A DNA stretch of 64,000 nucleotides from positions 70,558,001-70,622,000 of the forward strand of contig NC_087437.1 in the NCBI RefSeq assembly GCF_036321535.1, given 5' to 3'. The stretch is from Camelus dromedarius. Lineage: Eukaryota. The translations under genes were made by a program, and so were the position numbers. Numbering within the stretch: the first letter of the stretch is position 1; the number at the start of each line of letters is the position of its first letter. This document shows positions 1 to 12,100 of the stretch, piece by piece. The notes below the pieces were generated by a model that saw nothing but the letters and a program-made list of their open reading frames with translations, made no database searches and was not told the DNA's origin.

Positions 1-1082
1 CACATTCCTGGGTCAAAGGTGAATTATTATGACATTTTAATTGGATGAAGCTTGGTGAATACTTTGATTTCTTTAACACTTTGTAAATGTGAAGCATTAA
101 TGTTGATCCAGAAATATCAATAAGGTATTCAAAGTTAATGCATCATACATTTTGAATTTCTACTGCGCAGCATTTGCTGATTTTCCCATTCCTTTAAGTT
201 TCTTTGAAGAAAAAAAGTTTTGAAAATTCCTAGAAGCAGATATTACATGTTTACCTCATTTTATGTGATAGGAGTGATTTTGTAAATCTATTCATAATTT
301 AAATGCTCTAGGAGAATCTATTCTCAAAGGAATTTTATTGTGGATCATCATGTAAAGCAAAAGTAATTTTTAAAGTGCATTTTACTCCCTATTTCTATAT
401 GGGACCTTTCTGATTTACAAGAGTTATTTAAGCTCCCAGAGGAGTCATCCCCTTAGAATATTCCTAAGGAGATATAAACTGAGTGGGACAGGAAACTGTG
501 AGAGAGTAATTTGGTAAATACTAACCTGATCCAAGTAATTATTTGGACCTCTTTAGTGAGATCTCTGAGCCACTGTTTTATATAAGATTAAGTCTAGATA
601 ACGTGTTCTCCACAGTTGCTTGGAATGGATTTATTTCAGTTCAGTCAAGCTCTTAATTTCCTAGCAAATGATTATAAAGCATGTAATTCTAATTCTTCTC
701 ATTGAATGATTCCTCTCAGCTCTTATAAAGTAAGGCAAAATTATTTATCTCCAGTGGGAGAAGTTTGGCACCCTCATCCTCCACCTACCTCCCAATTTTC
801 ATGGCCCAACCTAACTAAGGATTTTCAGAATTGACAGACATTCTTAATCCCCCAAAACTTTTGGACTTTCTAGAGCTGTAGAGGGACAGGCAACTGAGGA
901 TTTTCTATACACATGTACCCATTATAGAAACTCATTCCATAGCAGCTGGACCTCCTCACCTACCCCACACACACACACACACTCCTGCAGCTGTGCCACT
1001 GATTCTTGCATTACAAGGAAAAGAATTAGGCAATGGGCATTTGCTGAAGGAATACTGTAAGTTGTTTATGGTCACTATATAG

Positions 1083-1180
1083 AAGGATATTATGAATTAT
1101 ATTACCCAAATTGGATATTTTTGAGAGTAAAAGGAGCCACATTAACAATTATCATGAGACAACAGGCATAAATGAGATCT
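1083..1180 (+). mobile_element. Partial MER94-like hAT (Blackjack) MITE
   Basis: ccaaattggatatttttgagagtaaaaggagccacattaacaattatcatgagacaacaggcataaa resembles my recollection of the MER94 consensus (CCAAACCGGGACACTTTTGAGAGTGAAAGGGGGC...GGGACAACAGGC); the 3' TIR is not visible. Confidence 0.5.
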
Positions 1181-3030
1181 GATATTTTGAGACTACCTCC
1201 ACTCCTTACACCTCCCCAAGACTCCATCAGCACAATAGTTCTACCAGGGCAGGGAAAGCCATGAAAATCCACAACTGCGCTGCTGAAAGTGGCTGACTTG
1301 ATAGAGTAGAATGTGAAAAACCACACGTGCCTGACTGTTGTCAGAAGTAGTAGCATCCTCAGTGGTAAACAAAAAGGAAATGTAAATGTCATAGCTAGCC
1401 TTAAGGTGTGGTTTACATTGGGGCAGGCAATAGACTAGCATATTAGCCAGAAGTTTAACAAGGAGAACTGGATATGAAGATTGCTATATTGGGCCTTGAT
1501 AAACTAACACATACCCCTGGTGGTTTGGAAGTCTGCACACATATTTCAGGAAAGATCAGAGAAAGTCCAAGATATTCACATACTTCAGGCTGACCCTAAG
1601 GCCTTTTGCAATGAGGAGGTAAAGGAGACCCCAATGGAATGTGAGAGCCAAGGAAGACTTGTAAGCTGACTGAACTTTGAATGCATTACCTATCCCATAC
1701 ACATATTCATAAGCCAAGGGTGTTAGCTTAGAAACTGTCTCTAGTTTGGGCGAGAAAGAGCAGAAGTTGAATTTAGCAGATGAATACTTGAAAGCAGCTA
1801 TTGTAAATATGTTCAAATAATTAAAGGAAATCATGTTAAATAATTAAATAAAATATTACTATAATTACTCTTCAAATAAAAGAGTATTAATATAAAGATA
1901 GAAACTATTTTAAAAAGAAACAAAAACTCTGGAGCTGAAAAGTACAATAATTAAAATGAAAAATATTCTAGAGGGGCTCAATAGCAGATCTGAGACATTA
2001 GAATCAGTGAACTTGAAATTAATCAGTAGAAATTATTCCACTTGAAGAACAGAAAAAAATGAAGAAAATGAATTTCAGAGATCTATGAGAAACCATCAAG
2101 CATACTAACATAGATCTAATGGGAGAGAAGGAGGGGAGCAGAGAAAGAAAGACAAGAAAAAAGATATTTGAAGTAACAGTAGCCAAAAACTCAACAAAAT
2201 GATGAATAACATTAATCTACACATTTGAGAAGCTCAACAACTCCAAGTATGATAAACACAAAAGATCCATACATAGTCACATTATAGTCAAACTTAGAAA
2301 GCCAAATAAAAAGAGGAATTCTTGAAAGCAGCAAGAGATAAAAAGACTAATTCAATACAGGGGATGACAGTATGATTAACAATTGACTTCTGAAACATTT
2401 AAAGGCAGAAGGCAGAAGGATAACATAGTCAAAGTGCTGAAGAAAAACAGATGAAAAAATGGCAATCAAGAATTTTATACCCAGCAAAACAGTTCTCCAA
2501 ATGAAGATGTAATAAAGATATTGCAAGATAAACAAGGACTGAGGCAATTCATTGCTAGCAGACCTGCCTTACAAGAAATACTGAAGGAAATCCTTTAGGC
2601 TGAGAAGAAATGACAACAAACAGTAACTAAAATCCATCCAAAGAAATAGATAGCACTAATAATATAATTATGTAGGTAAACATAGATATGGTATAAATGT
2701 TTAACAAAACTCAATTAAAGAAGAACGAAGGAAATAATAAGATCAGAGTAGAAATCAGTGAGATAGATAACAAAGAAATAATAGAGAAAAATCAATGAAA
2801 CCAAAAGTTGATTCTTTGAAAAGACCAACAACATTGACAGATATTTAGCTAGATTGACCAAGGAAAAAGAAAGCATAACAGATTACCAAGATCAGAAATG
2901 AAAGAGGGGACTAACTCCATAGAAATTAAAAGATTAGAAGTTAATATATGAACAAATGTATTCCAACTAAGATAAAATGGTATAACTTCTAGAAATGTAC
3001 GAATTACTAAAACTGATTCAAGAAGAAATA

Positions 3031-3140
3031 TATGAAAACAAATATGTGTATGTATATGCATGACTGGGACATTGTGCTGTACACCAGAAATTCACAAATT
3101 ATAATTGACTGTACTTCAATTAAAAAAAGAAAAAAAAATA
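3031..3140 (+). mobile_element. Very short 5'-truncated lineage-specific L1 3' end with A-tail
   Basis: tatgcatgactgggacattgtgctgtacaccagaaatt...gtacttcaattaaaaaaa closely resembles the 3' end of the element at 42922-43255. It interrupts the old L1 at agaagaaata (3021-3030); a degenerate TSD merges into the A-tail. Confidence 0.8.
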
Positions 3141-3931
3141 GAAAAATCAAATAGACCCATAATAGTAAAAAGATGGAATTTTTAAGTCATTCCACAAAGA
3201 AAAGTCTGGATGCAAGTGGCTATGCTATACCCTATCCAATATTTCAAGGGGAAATAATATCAACCTTTCACAAACTTTTCCAAAAAGTAGAGGAAGAAGG
3301 AATACTTTTTAATGCCTTCTGTTAGAACAGTATTACCCTGAGACCAAATCCAGACAAAGACATTGAAAGAAAAGAACTAGCATTTCTCATAAATATAGAA
3401 ACCAAAATCCTCTGCAAAATAATCACAAACCAAATATAGCAACTGTAATATTATTGTACACCTTGACCAAGTAGGATTTAACCTCAGAGTATGATTGCTT
3501 TAACATCCAGTAATTAATTAATGTAAAATACCGTATTAGTAGAATAAAGGAGAGAACCACATGATTATTGCAATAAATTCACCAGAAACATATCAGAAAT
3601 CCAGTATCTATTTGTGACAAACTTTCAGTGGACTAGGAATAGAAGAAAACTCTATACCTGATAAAAGACATCTATAAAAATCGTGACAACTAATTTCATA
3701 CTTACTAATGAGAAACTACTGGTGTAACCCTAAGATTGGGAACAAGTCAGGGTTGTCAGATCTCACCTCTTCTGCTCAATACTGTACTGGAGTTTCTACC
3801 CAGAAACTAAGAAAAATATGTAAATAAAAAGAAAAAGAGGAAAGAAAGCAAGGAAAGAATAAAAGAAAGAAACAGAACAGAAAAGAAAGAAATCAAAAGT
3901 ATCCAGATTGGAAAGTAAAAAGTAAAACTTT

Positions 3932-5644
3932 TTGTCATTATATGCTGATGACATGTTACTATATATAGAAAACCCTAAAAGGTCCACACAAAAGCTACTA
4001 GAGCTGATTGAAGAATTCAGCAAGGTAGCAGGTTACAAAATTAACGTTCAAAAATCAGCTGCATTTCTTTACACTAACGATAAATCAACAGAAGAAGAAA
4101 GTAAAGAAACAATCCCCTTTAAAATAGCACCCAAAGTAATAAAATATCTGGGAATAAATCTAACCAAGGAGGTGAAAGAATTATACACAGAAAACTATAA
4201 ACCATTGATGAAGGAAATTAAAGAAGACTTTAAAAAATGGAAAGATATTCCATGCTCTTGGATTGGAAGAATCAATATTGTTAAAATGGTCACACTGCCC
4301 AAGGCAATCTACAGATTTAATGCAATCCCTATCCAATTACCCAGGACATATTTCACAGAACTAGAACAAATCATAATAAAATTTATATGGAACCATCAAA
4401 GACCTAGAATTGCCAAAGCATTACTGAAGAGAAAGAAAGAGGCTGGAGGAATAACTCTCCCAGACTTCAGACAATACTATAGAGCTACAGTCATCAAGAC
4501 AGCATGGTATTGGTACCAAAACAGACATATAGACCAATGGAACAGAATAGAGAGCCCAGAAATGAACCCGCAAACTTTTGGTCAACTCATCTTCGACAAA
4601 GGAGGCAAGAATATACAATGGAATAAAGACAGTCTCTTCAGCAAATGGTGTTGGGAAAACTGGACAGCAGCATGTAAAACAATGAAGCTAGAACACTCCC
4701 TTACACCATATACAAAAATCAACTCAAAATGGATTAAAGACTTAAACATAAGACAAGATACAATAAACCTCCTAGAGGAAAACATAGGCAAAACATTATC
4801 TGACATACATTTAAAAAATTTTCTCCTAGAAGAAATAAAAGCAAGAATAAACAAATGGGACCTGATGAAACTTACAAGCTTCTGCGCAGCAAAGGAAACC
4901 AGAAGTAAAACAAGAAGAAAACCTACAGAATGGGAGAAAATTTTTGCAAGTGAAACCGACAAAGGCTTGATCTCCAGAATATATAAGCAGCTCATATGAC
5001 TCAATAAGAAAAAAATAAACAACCCAATCCAAAAATGGGCAGAAGACCTAAACTAGCAATTCTCCAAGGAAGACATACAAATGATCAAAAAGCACATGAA
5101 AAAATGCTCCATATCACTAATTATCAGAGAAATGCAAATCAAAACTACAATGAGGTATCACCTCACACCAGTCAGAATGGCCGTCATTCAAAAATCTACA
5201 AATGACAAATGCTGGAGAGGCTGTGGAGAAAGGGGAACCCTCCTACACTGCTGGTGGGAATGCAGTTTGGTGCAGCCACTATGGAAAACAGTGTGGAGAT
5301 TCCTCAAAAGACTAGGAATAGACTTACCATATGACCCAGGAATCCCACTCCTGGGCTTGTATCCAGAAGGAAATCTACTTCAGGATGACACCTGCACCCC
5401 AATGTTCATAGCAGCACTATTTACAATAGCCAAAACATGGAAACAGCCTAAATGTCCATCAACAGGTGACTGGATAAAGAAGAGGTGGTATATTTATACA
5501 ATGGAATACTACTCAGCCATAAAAACCGACAACATAATGCCATTTGCAGCAACATGGATGCTCCTGGAGAATGTCATTCTAAGTGAAGTAAGCCAGAAAG
5601 AGAAAGAAAAATACCATATGAGATCGCTCATATGTGGAATCTAA
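3932..5644 (+). pseudogene. L1 ORF2p C-terminal fragment (RT from the YADD motif, thumb, cysteine-rich domain)
   Basis: ORFs 3932-4999 and 5081-5644 are in the same frame, separated by stops TGA 4997-4999 and TAG 5054-5056. Motifs LYADD, GYKIN, KYLGI and the CX3CX7HX4C knuckle [18 protein letters not shown] are present. Confidence 0.95.
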
Positions 5645-5970
5645 AAAACAAAAACAAAAACAAAAACAAACAAACAAACAAAAACAAAGCGTAAATAAAG
5701 GACAGAAATAGACTCACAGACAGAGAATACAGACTTGTGGTTACCAGGGGGGTGGAGGGTGGGAAGGGATAGACTGGGATTTCAAAATTGTAGAATAGAC
5801 TACACTGTATAGCACAGGGAAATATACACAAAATGTTATGATAACTCAGAGAAAAAAATGTGACAATGAGTGTGTATATGTCCATGAATAACTGAAAAAT
5901 TGTGCTGAACACTGGAATTTGACACAACATTGTAAAATGATTATAAATCAATAAAAAATGTTAAAAAAAA
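3933..5970 (+). mobile_element. Young 5'-truncated LINE-1 (camelid-type 3' UTR)
   Basis: Perfect 16-bp TSD aaaaagtaaaactttt at 3917-3932 and 5966-5981. Nearly intact ORF2 3' half, G-rich 3' UTR tract (5747-5768), AATAAA at 5950-5955, short A-tail. Confidence 0.97.
5643..5688. repeat. (AAAAAC)n/(AAAC)n microsatellite at the start of the L1 3' UTR
   Basis: Directly visible. Confidence 0.9.
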
Positions 5971-6113
5971 GTAAAACTTTTATTTGCAGAAAATATAATC
6001 TGTATGTAGAGAATATTAAGGAATGCATACACACACTCACAAACTAATAAATGAGTCCAGCAAGTTCACTGAGTACAAGAACATTATACGCAAGTCAGTT
6101 GTATTTCTATATA

Positions 6114-6579
6114 CAGGCACATCTCAGAGATATTAAAGATTCAGTTCTAGAACACCAGAGTAAAGCAAGTCACATGAAGTTTTTGGTTTTAACAGTTCAT
6201 ATAAAAGTTATGTTAACATTATACTATAATCTGTTAAATGTGCAATAGCACTACATATGTATATACCTTAATTTAAAAATACCTTATTGCTAAAAAATGC
6301 TAACCATCATCTGAGACTTCAGCAAGTCATATTCTTTTTGCAATAGTGACATCAGAGATCACTGATCACAGATCGCCATAACAAATAAAATAATAATGAA
6401 AAATTTGAAATACTGCAAGAATTACCAAAATGTGACACAGAGACATAAAGTGAGCAAATGTTGGAAAAATGACACTCATAGCCTTGGGTGACCTAAGGTT
6501 GCCACAAACCTTCAATTTGTAAAAAATGCAGTGTCTGTGAAGAGCCATAAAGTGAAATACAGTAACGTGAGGTATTGTG
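6114..6579 (-). mobile_element. Tigger1-derived non-autonomous DNA transposon (TcMar-Tigger MITE)
   Basis: Ends caggcacatctc...gaggtattgtg resemble Tigger1 TIRs. TA TSD at 6112-6113 and 6580-6581. Internal ggttgccacaaaccttcaatttgtaaaaaatgcag is the reverse complement of the Tigger1 left end. The host L1 resumes afterwards. Confidence 0.85.
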
Positions 6580-8119
6580 TATAATAGCAACAAACAGTGA
6601 AGTCAAGAAAGCAATTCTATTCACAATAGCATCAAAAAAAGAATAAAGGCATTTCTGTAAAAACTGACAAGCTGATCTTAAAGTTTATGTAAAAATGCAG
6701 AGTACCCAGAACAATAAAAATAATTTTGAAAAGGAGAACAAAGTTAACTTATACCTCCTGTTTAAAATTTATTATTAAAAATACAGTAAAGAAGAGAGTA
6801 TCATATTGCTATAGAGATCAATGGAATATAACTATAAGTAATTTCATTATATGAAATATAAATGAATATCCATGGTACTAGGAGCATACAAAAAAAAAAA
6901 AAAGATTTTTAGATCTTTACCTCTCACTATACACAAAGATTAACTCAAAATGGATCATGGACCTAAATAGAAGACCTAAAACTATAAGACTTTTAAATAA
7001 GAAAATGAGAAAGTCTTCATAACCTTTGGTTACACAAAGTTCTTAAATAATAAAAGCATGATATGAAAAAGAAAAAAATTTAATAAGTTGGATTTCATCA
7101 AAATTAGAAACTTTTGCATCTGAAAAGATTCCACTAAAGAAATGAAAACACTAGAAGATATTTCCAAGATTCATGGTTTGCAAATATGTATTTGATAAAA
7201 GATCTCTATATTCCTAATATATGAAGAATTCTCTAATAATAAAAAGACAAAAAAAAATCCAGTGAAAAATTGGAAAAAAATATTTGAGTAGGTAGTTCAC
7301 CAAGGAAGATATAAAAATGGCTAATAAACATATGAAAATATGCTCAACACCATGAATCTCTAGGAAAAAGTAAATTAGAACCATAATAAGATATTACTTT
7401 ACATCAACTATTGTGGCTATAATAAAAAATACAAGCACAGTAATGAATGTTGGTGACGATACAGAGAAACTGGAACTCTCATACATTCCTGGTCAAAATT
7501 TAAAATAGTATAGCCACTTTAGGAAATAGGTTGGCAATTCTTAAAATTTAAAATAAACTTATTTTTATGACCCAACAATTACACTTCTAGGTATCTACCT
7601 AAGAGAAATGAAAACATATATCCACAGAGAGACTTGTATATATGTGAATGCTCATAGCAGCCTTATCCATGATAGTGATAAGCTGGAAGCAATCTGCATG
7701 TCTATCAACTGATGAATGGATGAGCAAATGTCTTATGTTCATACAATGAAATGCTATTCATCAATAAAAGAGAACAGACTGTTGCTACATACCACAACAT
7801 AGATCAATCTGAGAAACATTATGGTAAGTAAAAAAAGCCACATGAAGGAAACCACATATTGCATGATTGCACTTGAGAGAAATGTTAGGAAAAGGTAAAT
7901 GTTTAGAGACAGAAAGCAGATTAGTGGTCTGGGGCTGGGGATGAGAGTGAGCATTGACTGCTTGAGGGCATGAAGGATCTTTTTGTAGTGACAAAAATGT
8001 TCTAAAACTGGATTTACTCAACTCTAAATTTACTTAAAATCATTAAGTTGGACACTTACAAGGGTGAATTTTATGTTACTTATACCTTAATAAACTGTCA
8101 AAATGAAATTATGCTTATT

Positions 8120-8690
8120 AAAACTAAGAAAAGAGAAACTTGGCAGATATTCCCTTAACCAAATGACCAAGATTAACATCCCTAGTGATAAATCCTGTTG
8201 ATATCATATACCCCCCGATATGATGTAAGAACAGCACTTCATTCTTTTGCATTCTTCTCTAAAACTATAATCCCAGTCTAGTTATGAAGAAATACCAGAC
8301 AAATCCAAACTGAGGATCATCCCACAAAACATCTGACCACTATTCTTCAAAACTACCAAAATCATAAAGAACAAGGGAAAACTGGGAAATTGCCCCAGAT
8401 CAGAGGAAATTTAGGAGAAATGGCAACTAAATGCAATGTAGTGTCCTGGATTAGATCTTGGAACAGAAAATAGATATTAGTGGAAAGACCAGTGATATCC
8501 AAATAAAGTCGATAGTTTCAAGTAGTATTGTACCACTGTTAATTTCTTAGTTTGACAGATTTACCATGGTTATGTAAGATGTTAAGATTAGGAGAAGGTA
8601 ATAAAGGAAATATGGGAATTTGCTGTACTATCCTTTCAATTTTTCCATATATGTGAACTTGTTCCGAAACAAAAAGTTAAAATTTTTTGA
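8120..8690 (+). mobile_element. L1MC/L1MD-type 3' UTR fragment
   Basis: Characteristic ccagacaaatccaaactgagga...caactaaatgcaatgtagtgtcctggattagatcttggaacagaaa...tgttaatttcttagttttgac. Confidence 0.75.
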
Positions 8691-8699
8691 AATGGAGTG

Positions 8700-9120
8700 G
8701 GGGATTTATAGGTTAAAAGAGAATTGTGATTCAAATGTAATGTGTGGATCTTATTTAGATCCTAATTCAATCTAACTAGCTGTTAAAAAAAAAGAAAACA
8801 TTTAAAAGTTAATCATTTGACAGAGGCAAGATATTTAACAACATTAAAGAATCACTATTTTTTTAATGTGGGATAATGATATTTGCTATGACTTTGAAAA
8901 GTCGTTATTTTTTAGTAATACTTAGTAACATATTCATGGATGAAATAATATGACATCTGGGATTGTCTTTAAAATGATCTGGTGGAAGAAAAAGTGGGTG
9001 AAAGTTAGATGAAGAAAACATTGGCTATGGGTGACGAGTACATGGAAGTTCATTTTACTATGCTCTCTACTCTTACGTATGTTTGAAATTTTTCATAATA
9101 TAATGTTTTTAAGTGAAAAG
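8700..9120 (+). mobile_element. Older L1MC/L1ME-type 3' end fragment
   Basis: aaatgtaatgtgtggatcttatttagatcct...cattttactatgctctctactcttacgtatgtttgaaatttttcataata. Confidence 0.65.
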
Positions 9121-12100
9121 GAAAAAAAGACTAAGAGAAATAATTAAAATATTATAATTTGTTCTCTATGGTGACCATAGACAGGGCTTGTCTCTTAAAA
9201 ATGAAATCTGAACAGTGTCAGAATGAATAAATCATAGACAGGTGAGTGAACTCTCAAAAACAATCTAAGCAAGATACAATCAATGCTGAATAGTTGGGAG
9301 AGCATTAAGAGAATTGCTTGAATTAGCAGGGACTTCCTAAACTGGAGTGCTGTGTTGCTCTGTTCTTGAAGTTCTGTGACCTGGTGATATTTGAAACGCC
9401 TATCTATGTGAGGATTTTAAAAAGTAAAGTTTGGCCAGAAGCAGTCCTTTGTTCATAGTCAATGTTAAGATCTCTAGTTCCTCACCCCTCTTCCTTTTTT
9501 TCTTTTCTTTTCTTTTCTTTTTTTGTCTGGGGCTTTGTTTTTTGGCCTTGCGACTTACAGGACGGGTTACTGTAATATAATGCATTCGCTACTTCTCTGG
9601 AAAGCCATTCAGAATCTTTGACTAGTGCAGAATGTACAACTCTTTTGTTAAAAGGTCTCTGCCAAGAGAAGCATTCTTCCGGGCTTTGTAATTTGCATTG
9701 ATTACTGAGCTGTTTCCCAGTACATTACTGGGTGTTGACTGTATTCTATAAAGCCTTACATAGTTTTGCCTTGATTAAAGAAGTCTGACATTGGCGGTAA
9801 ATTTTAATAATGACTGAGATTGATCTGGATAACTTGAAAAAATGTTAACAGATTTTGGAACCTAAAATGTCAGGAGCAAGTTATTCTTATTGATGACACA
9901 CACTCTGGAAATCTACAATTTTAAACATGGATTCAGTGTACAGTACTGAACGTGAAAAAAGCAGGAAGTTGAAAAGTAGACAGTAGTGCCAAAATTAAGG
10001 TCCGAGTCCTAACTTCTCTGCTCCTTAATCCAATCTGACATGCCTTCAGAATATTTTACTTTCTTGATGACCAGTATTCCAAACAGTTCTACCCAATACT
10101 TAGCCCCACTGCACAGTGACAGAGTTAGTGATTTTCTCATGAGACAAATAGGAGTAGGAACAGTATTTATATCAAAGACAACTGGTCCCACTTCCAGGTC
10201 CATCTTTGGGCCAAGATATGTAGTCGCCAACAGTGAGTCCTGGCGCAAAGTAAGATCCATCTGTTTTGCCCAGCCGTTTGCCTGAGTGCCACAAAATGGT
10301 CCTGTTATTAGTCTTATTTGTGGTCCTATTTGAGGTTAGAGAATAAGGTAAATAAACTTCAATCCTCCTTGTGATGAATGTAGCATGGGAATTAAAAGTG
10401 GTGGTGTTGGTAGTGGTAAGTGATGTTGCGTCTCTATTTTCTCAATTGCTCTGTTTTCTTTGGATTGGGAAACAGACATTTAAGGATGAGTTTGTCATCT
10501 GGAAGGATAGTTGTGACCAAGTTTCCCTCAACAGGATACAAGATGTTATTTTTGAGCTTCATTACCCTCACCAAGGGGAAAAAAAGGAGAGCGAGAGGGA
10601 AAAAATAAATAAGGAAGAAAGTGAAAGTAAGGAAGAAACAGGCAGAGACAGAGAGGGAAGAGAAAGGTCAAAGAGGAGAAGGAGGGATAACACGAGAAGA
10701 GGAGAATATAACTTAGTGGACTTTGTACTCATAGAAGCTGCTTTATTATTTTGAACTAAGAGTTCAATTAATTCAACATCTGAATTAAGGAAAAGGAAAT
10801 CTGACTGAGTAAGTTGAGCTGCTAGGTCAGTTAAATACTTTATAAATATGCAGCCTAGTTTCCATTACCTTTTCTGTCTGAACTAGACAGTGAATCAGTT
10901 TCATTAACCATATTGGTGGTTAGAACAATTGGTGATTGGTGAGCAAAACAATACCAATTGGTGACTCAAGTTTATACAGAGATGTGCAGTTATTTCTATT
11001 TCTGAATCATTTGTTGAGGATTATTGTTATTCCATATTATTTCTGAGCATGAGTTATTTCTGTCAGTTTCATTTATAAATGTTTTGTTGCCTTATAAGGA
11101 GATATGTGCACTCCCCTCCTCTCATTCAGTTGTCCCTGGTGACACCTCCATAATTTCTGTCTTTACACTGGTACATTTTTAGTCTAATTCAGTCATGTGA
11201 GAAGCAGGGGAAAAGTTTAGTTAGTCAATATGAGTGATTTTTTTTTTGATCCATTCATGGATAGACCTAGTGAATTTGAATCAGTCAGAATTTAAAATCT
11301 ATATACATCAAACAGACACAATACCCAAAATATTCCTCTGTCTGCTTCAAGGAAAAAAAGAAACAAAACAGAATTTGCAAGTAAGAACTAGATGCATTTT
11401 CTAAAAATAGATGCAACTTCAGGGCTGATTTATGATCATGCTCTCATATATGAAGATATTAAAATGTCACCTTGCACTAACATGAAGGTGGACATAAACA
11501 TACCACATATAGTGCTACAAATGTATTTTTAAAATGCACTACAATACTGTAAAATAAAAGAAAGATAATTGTATTATCTCTACTTTACACTAAAAAGTTA
11601 TATTTTCCTAAATCCTGTTGTGTCAGTTATTTGAAGCTAAAAATAGGGATGACTTAATCCAGTCTGTTTTTGTTTTAACTGTTATCTTATTTATAGATGG
11701 TGTTGTATGAAGAAAGGATTGAAAAAAATAGTATGACGTTTTAAGCTCAAATATTTATGACATACTTGGAGATTTTAATGCCTGGACTCTTAATTCCAGG
11801 ATTAAAAATACATATTAAAAATATGTTTATAATTACCTAAACCAAGAGGGCTGATTCAAACTCTGATGGTCTTCCCGTGCTGCTTCAAACAGCAGTGGCT
11901 GCACGCGACAAGATATCCGATATGATGTGGCATGGAGCACACGAAACCCACAATGCCTTGCAATGGGCATTTTGTACTGCTGAATGTTTTCCTCTACCTC
12001 TGCTTCACCATTTGCCCCACCAGCTATTCAGTCATTTGAAAGTAGTAGACCTAACAGGTTTTTAAAAGATTCTATTCAAAGTCATAATTTCCCTTTAACA

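Larger units (their letters stand above)
1190..8110 (+). mobile_element. Ancient degenerate LINE-1 (L1M, L1MB/L1ME-type 3' end), interrupted by three later insertions
   Basis: ORF1-like A-rich sequence at ~1760-2640. ORF2-like sequence runs from ~2715 (endonuclease region appears deleted) to ~7800. Typical old-L1 3' UTR at 7900-8100 (gcattgactgc...aatgttctaaaactgg...ggtgaattttatg). Many stops and frameshifts. Confidence 0.85.

Noticed and set aside
4421..5951. Antisense ORFs of 65-146 aa
   Set aside because: These are routine antisense ORFs of L1 ORF2 and the 3' UTR.
9400..10330. Possible endogenous viral element or retrocopy on the - strand: ORF 10009-10260, the peptide ITVTRPVSRKA resembling a protoparvovirus VP C-terminus (LITRPVARNTY), and an A-rich tail
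   Set aside because: The similarity covers only a few residues. Motif spacing does not match VP2, there is no GQIWDK-type motif, all frames have many stops, and no TSD is visible. BLASTX would settle it.
10371..10754. 127-aa ORF with a charged E/R/K C-terminus
   Set aside because: It starts at GTG, and the charged region is a translation of a GA-rich low-complexity tract.
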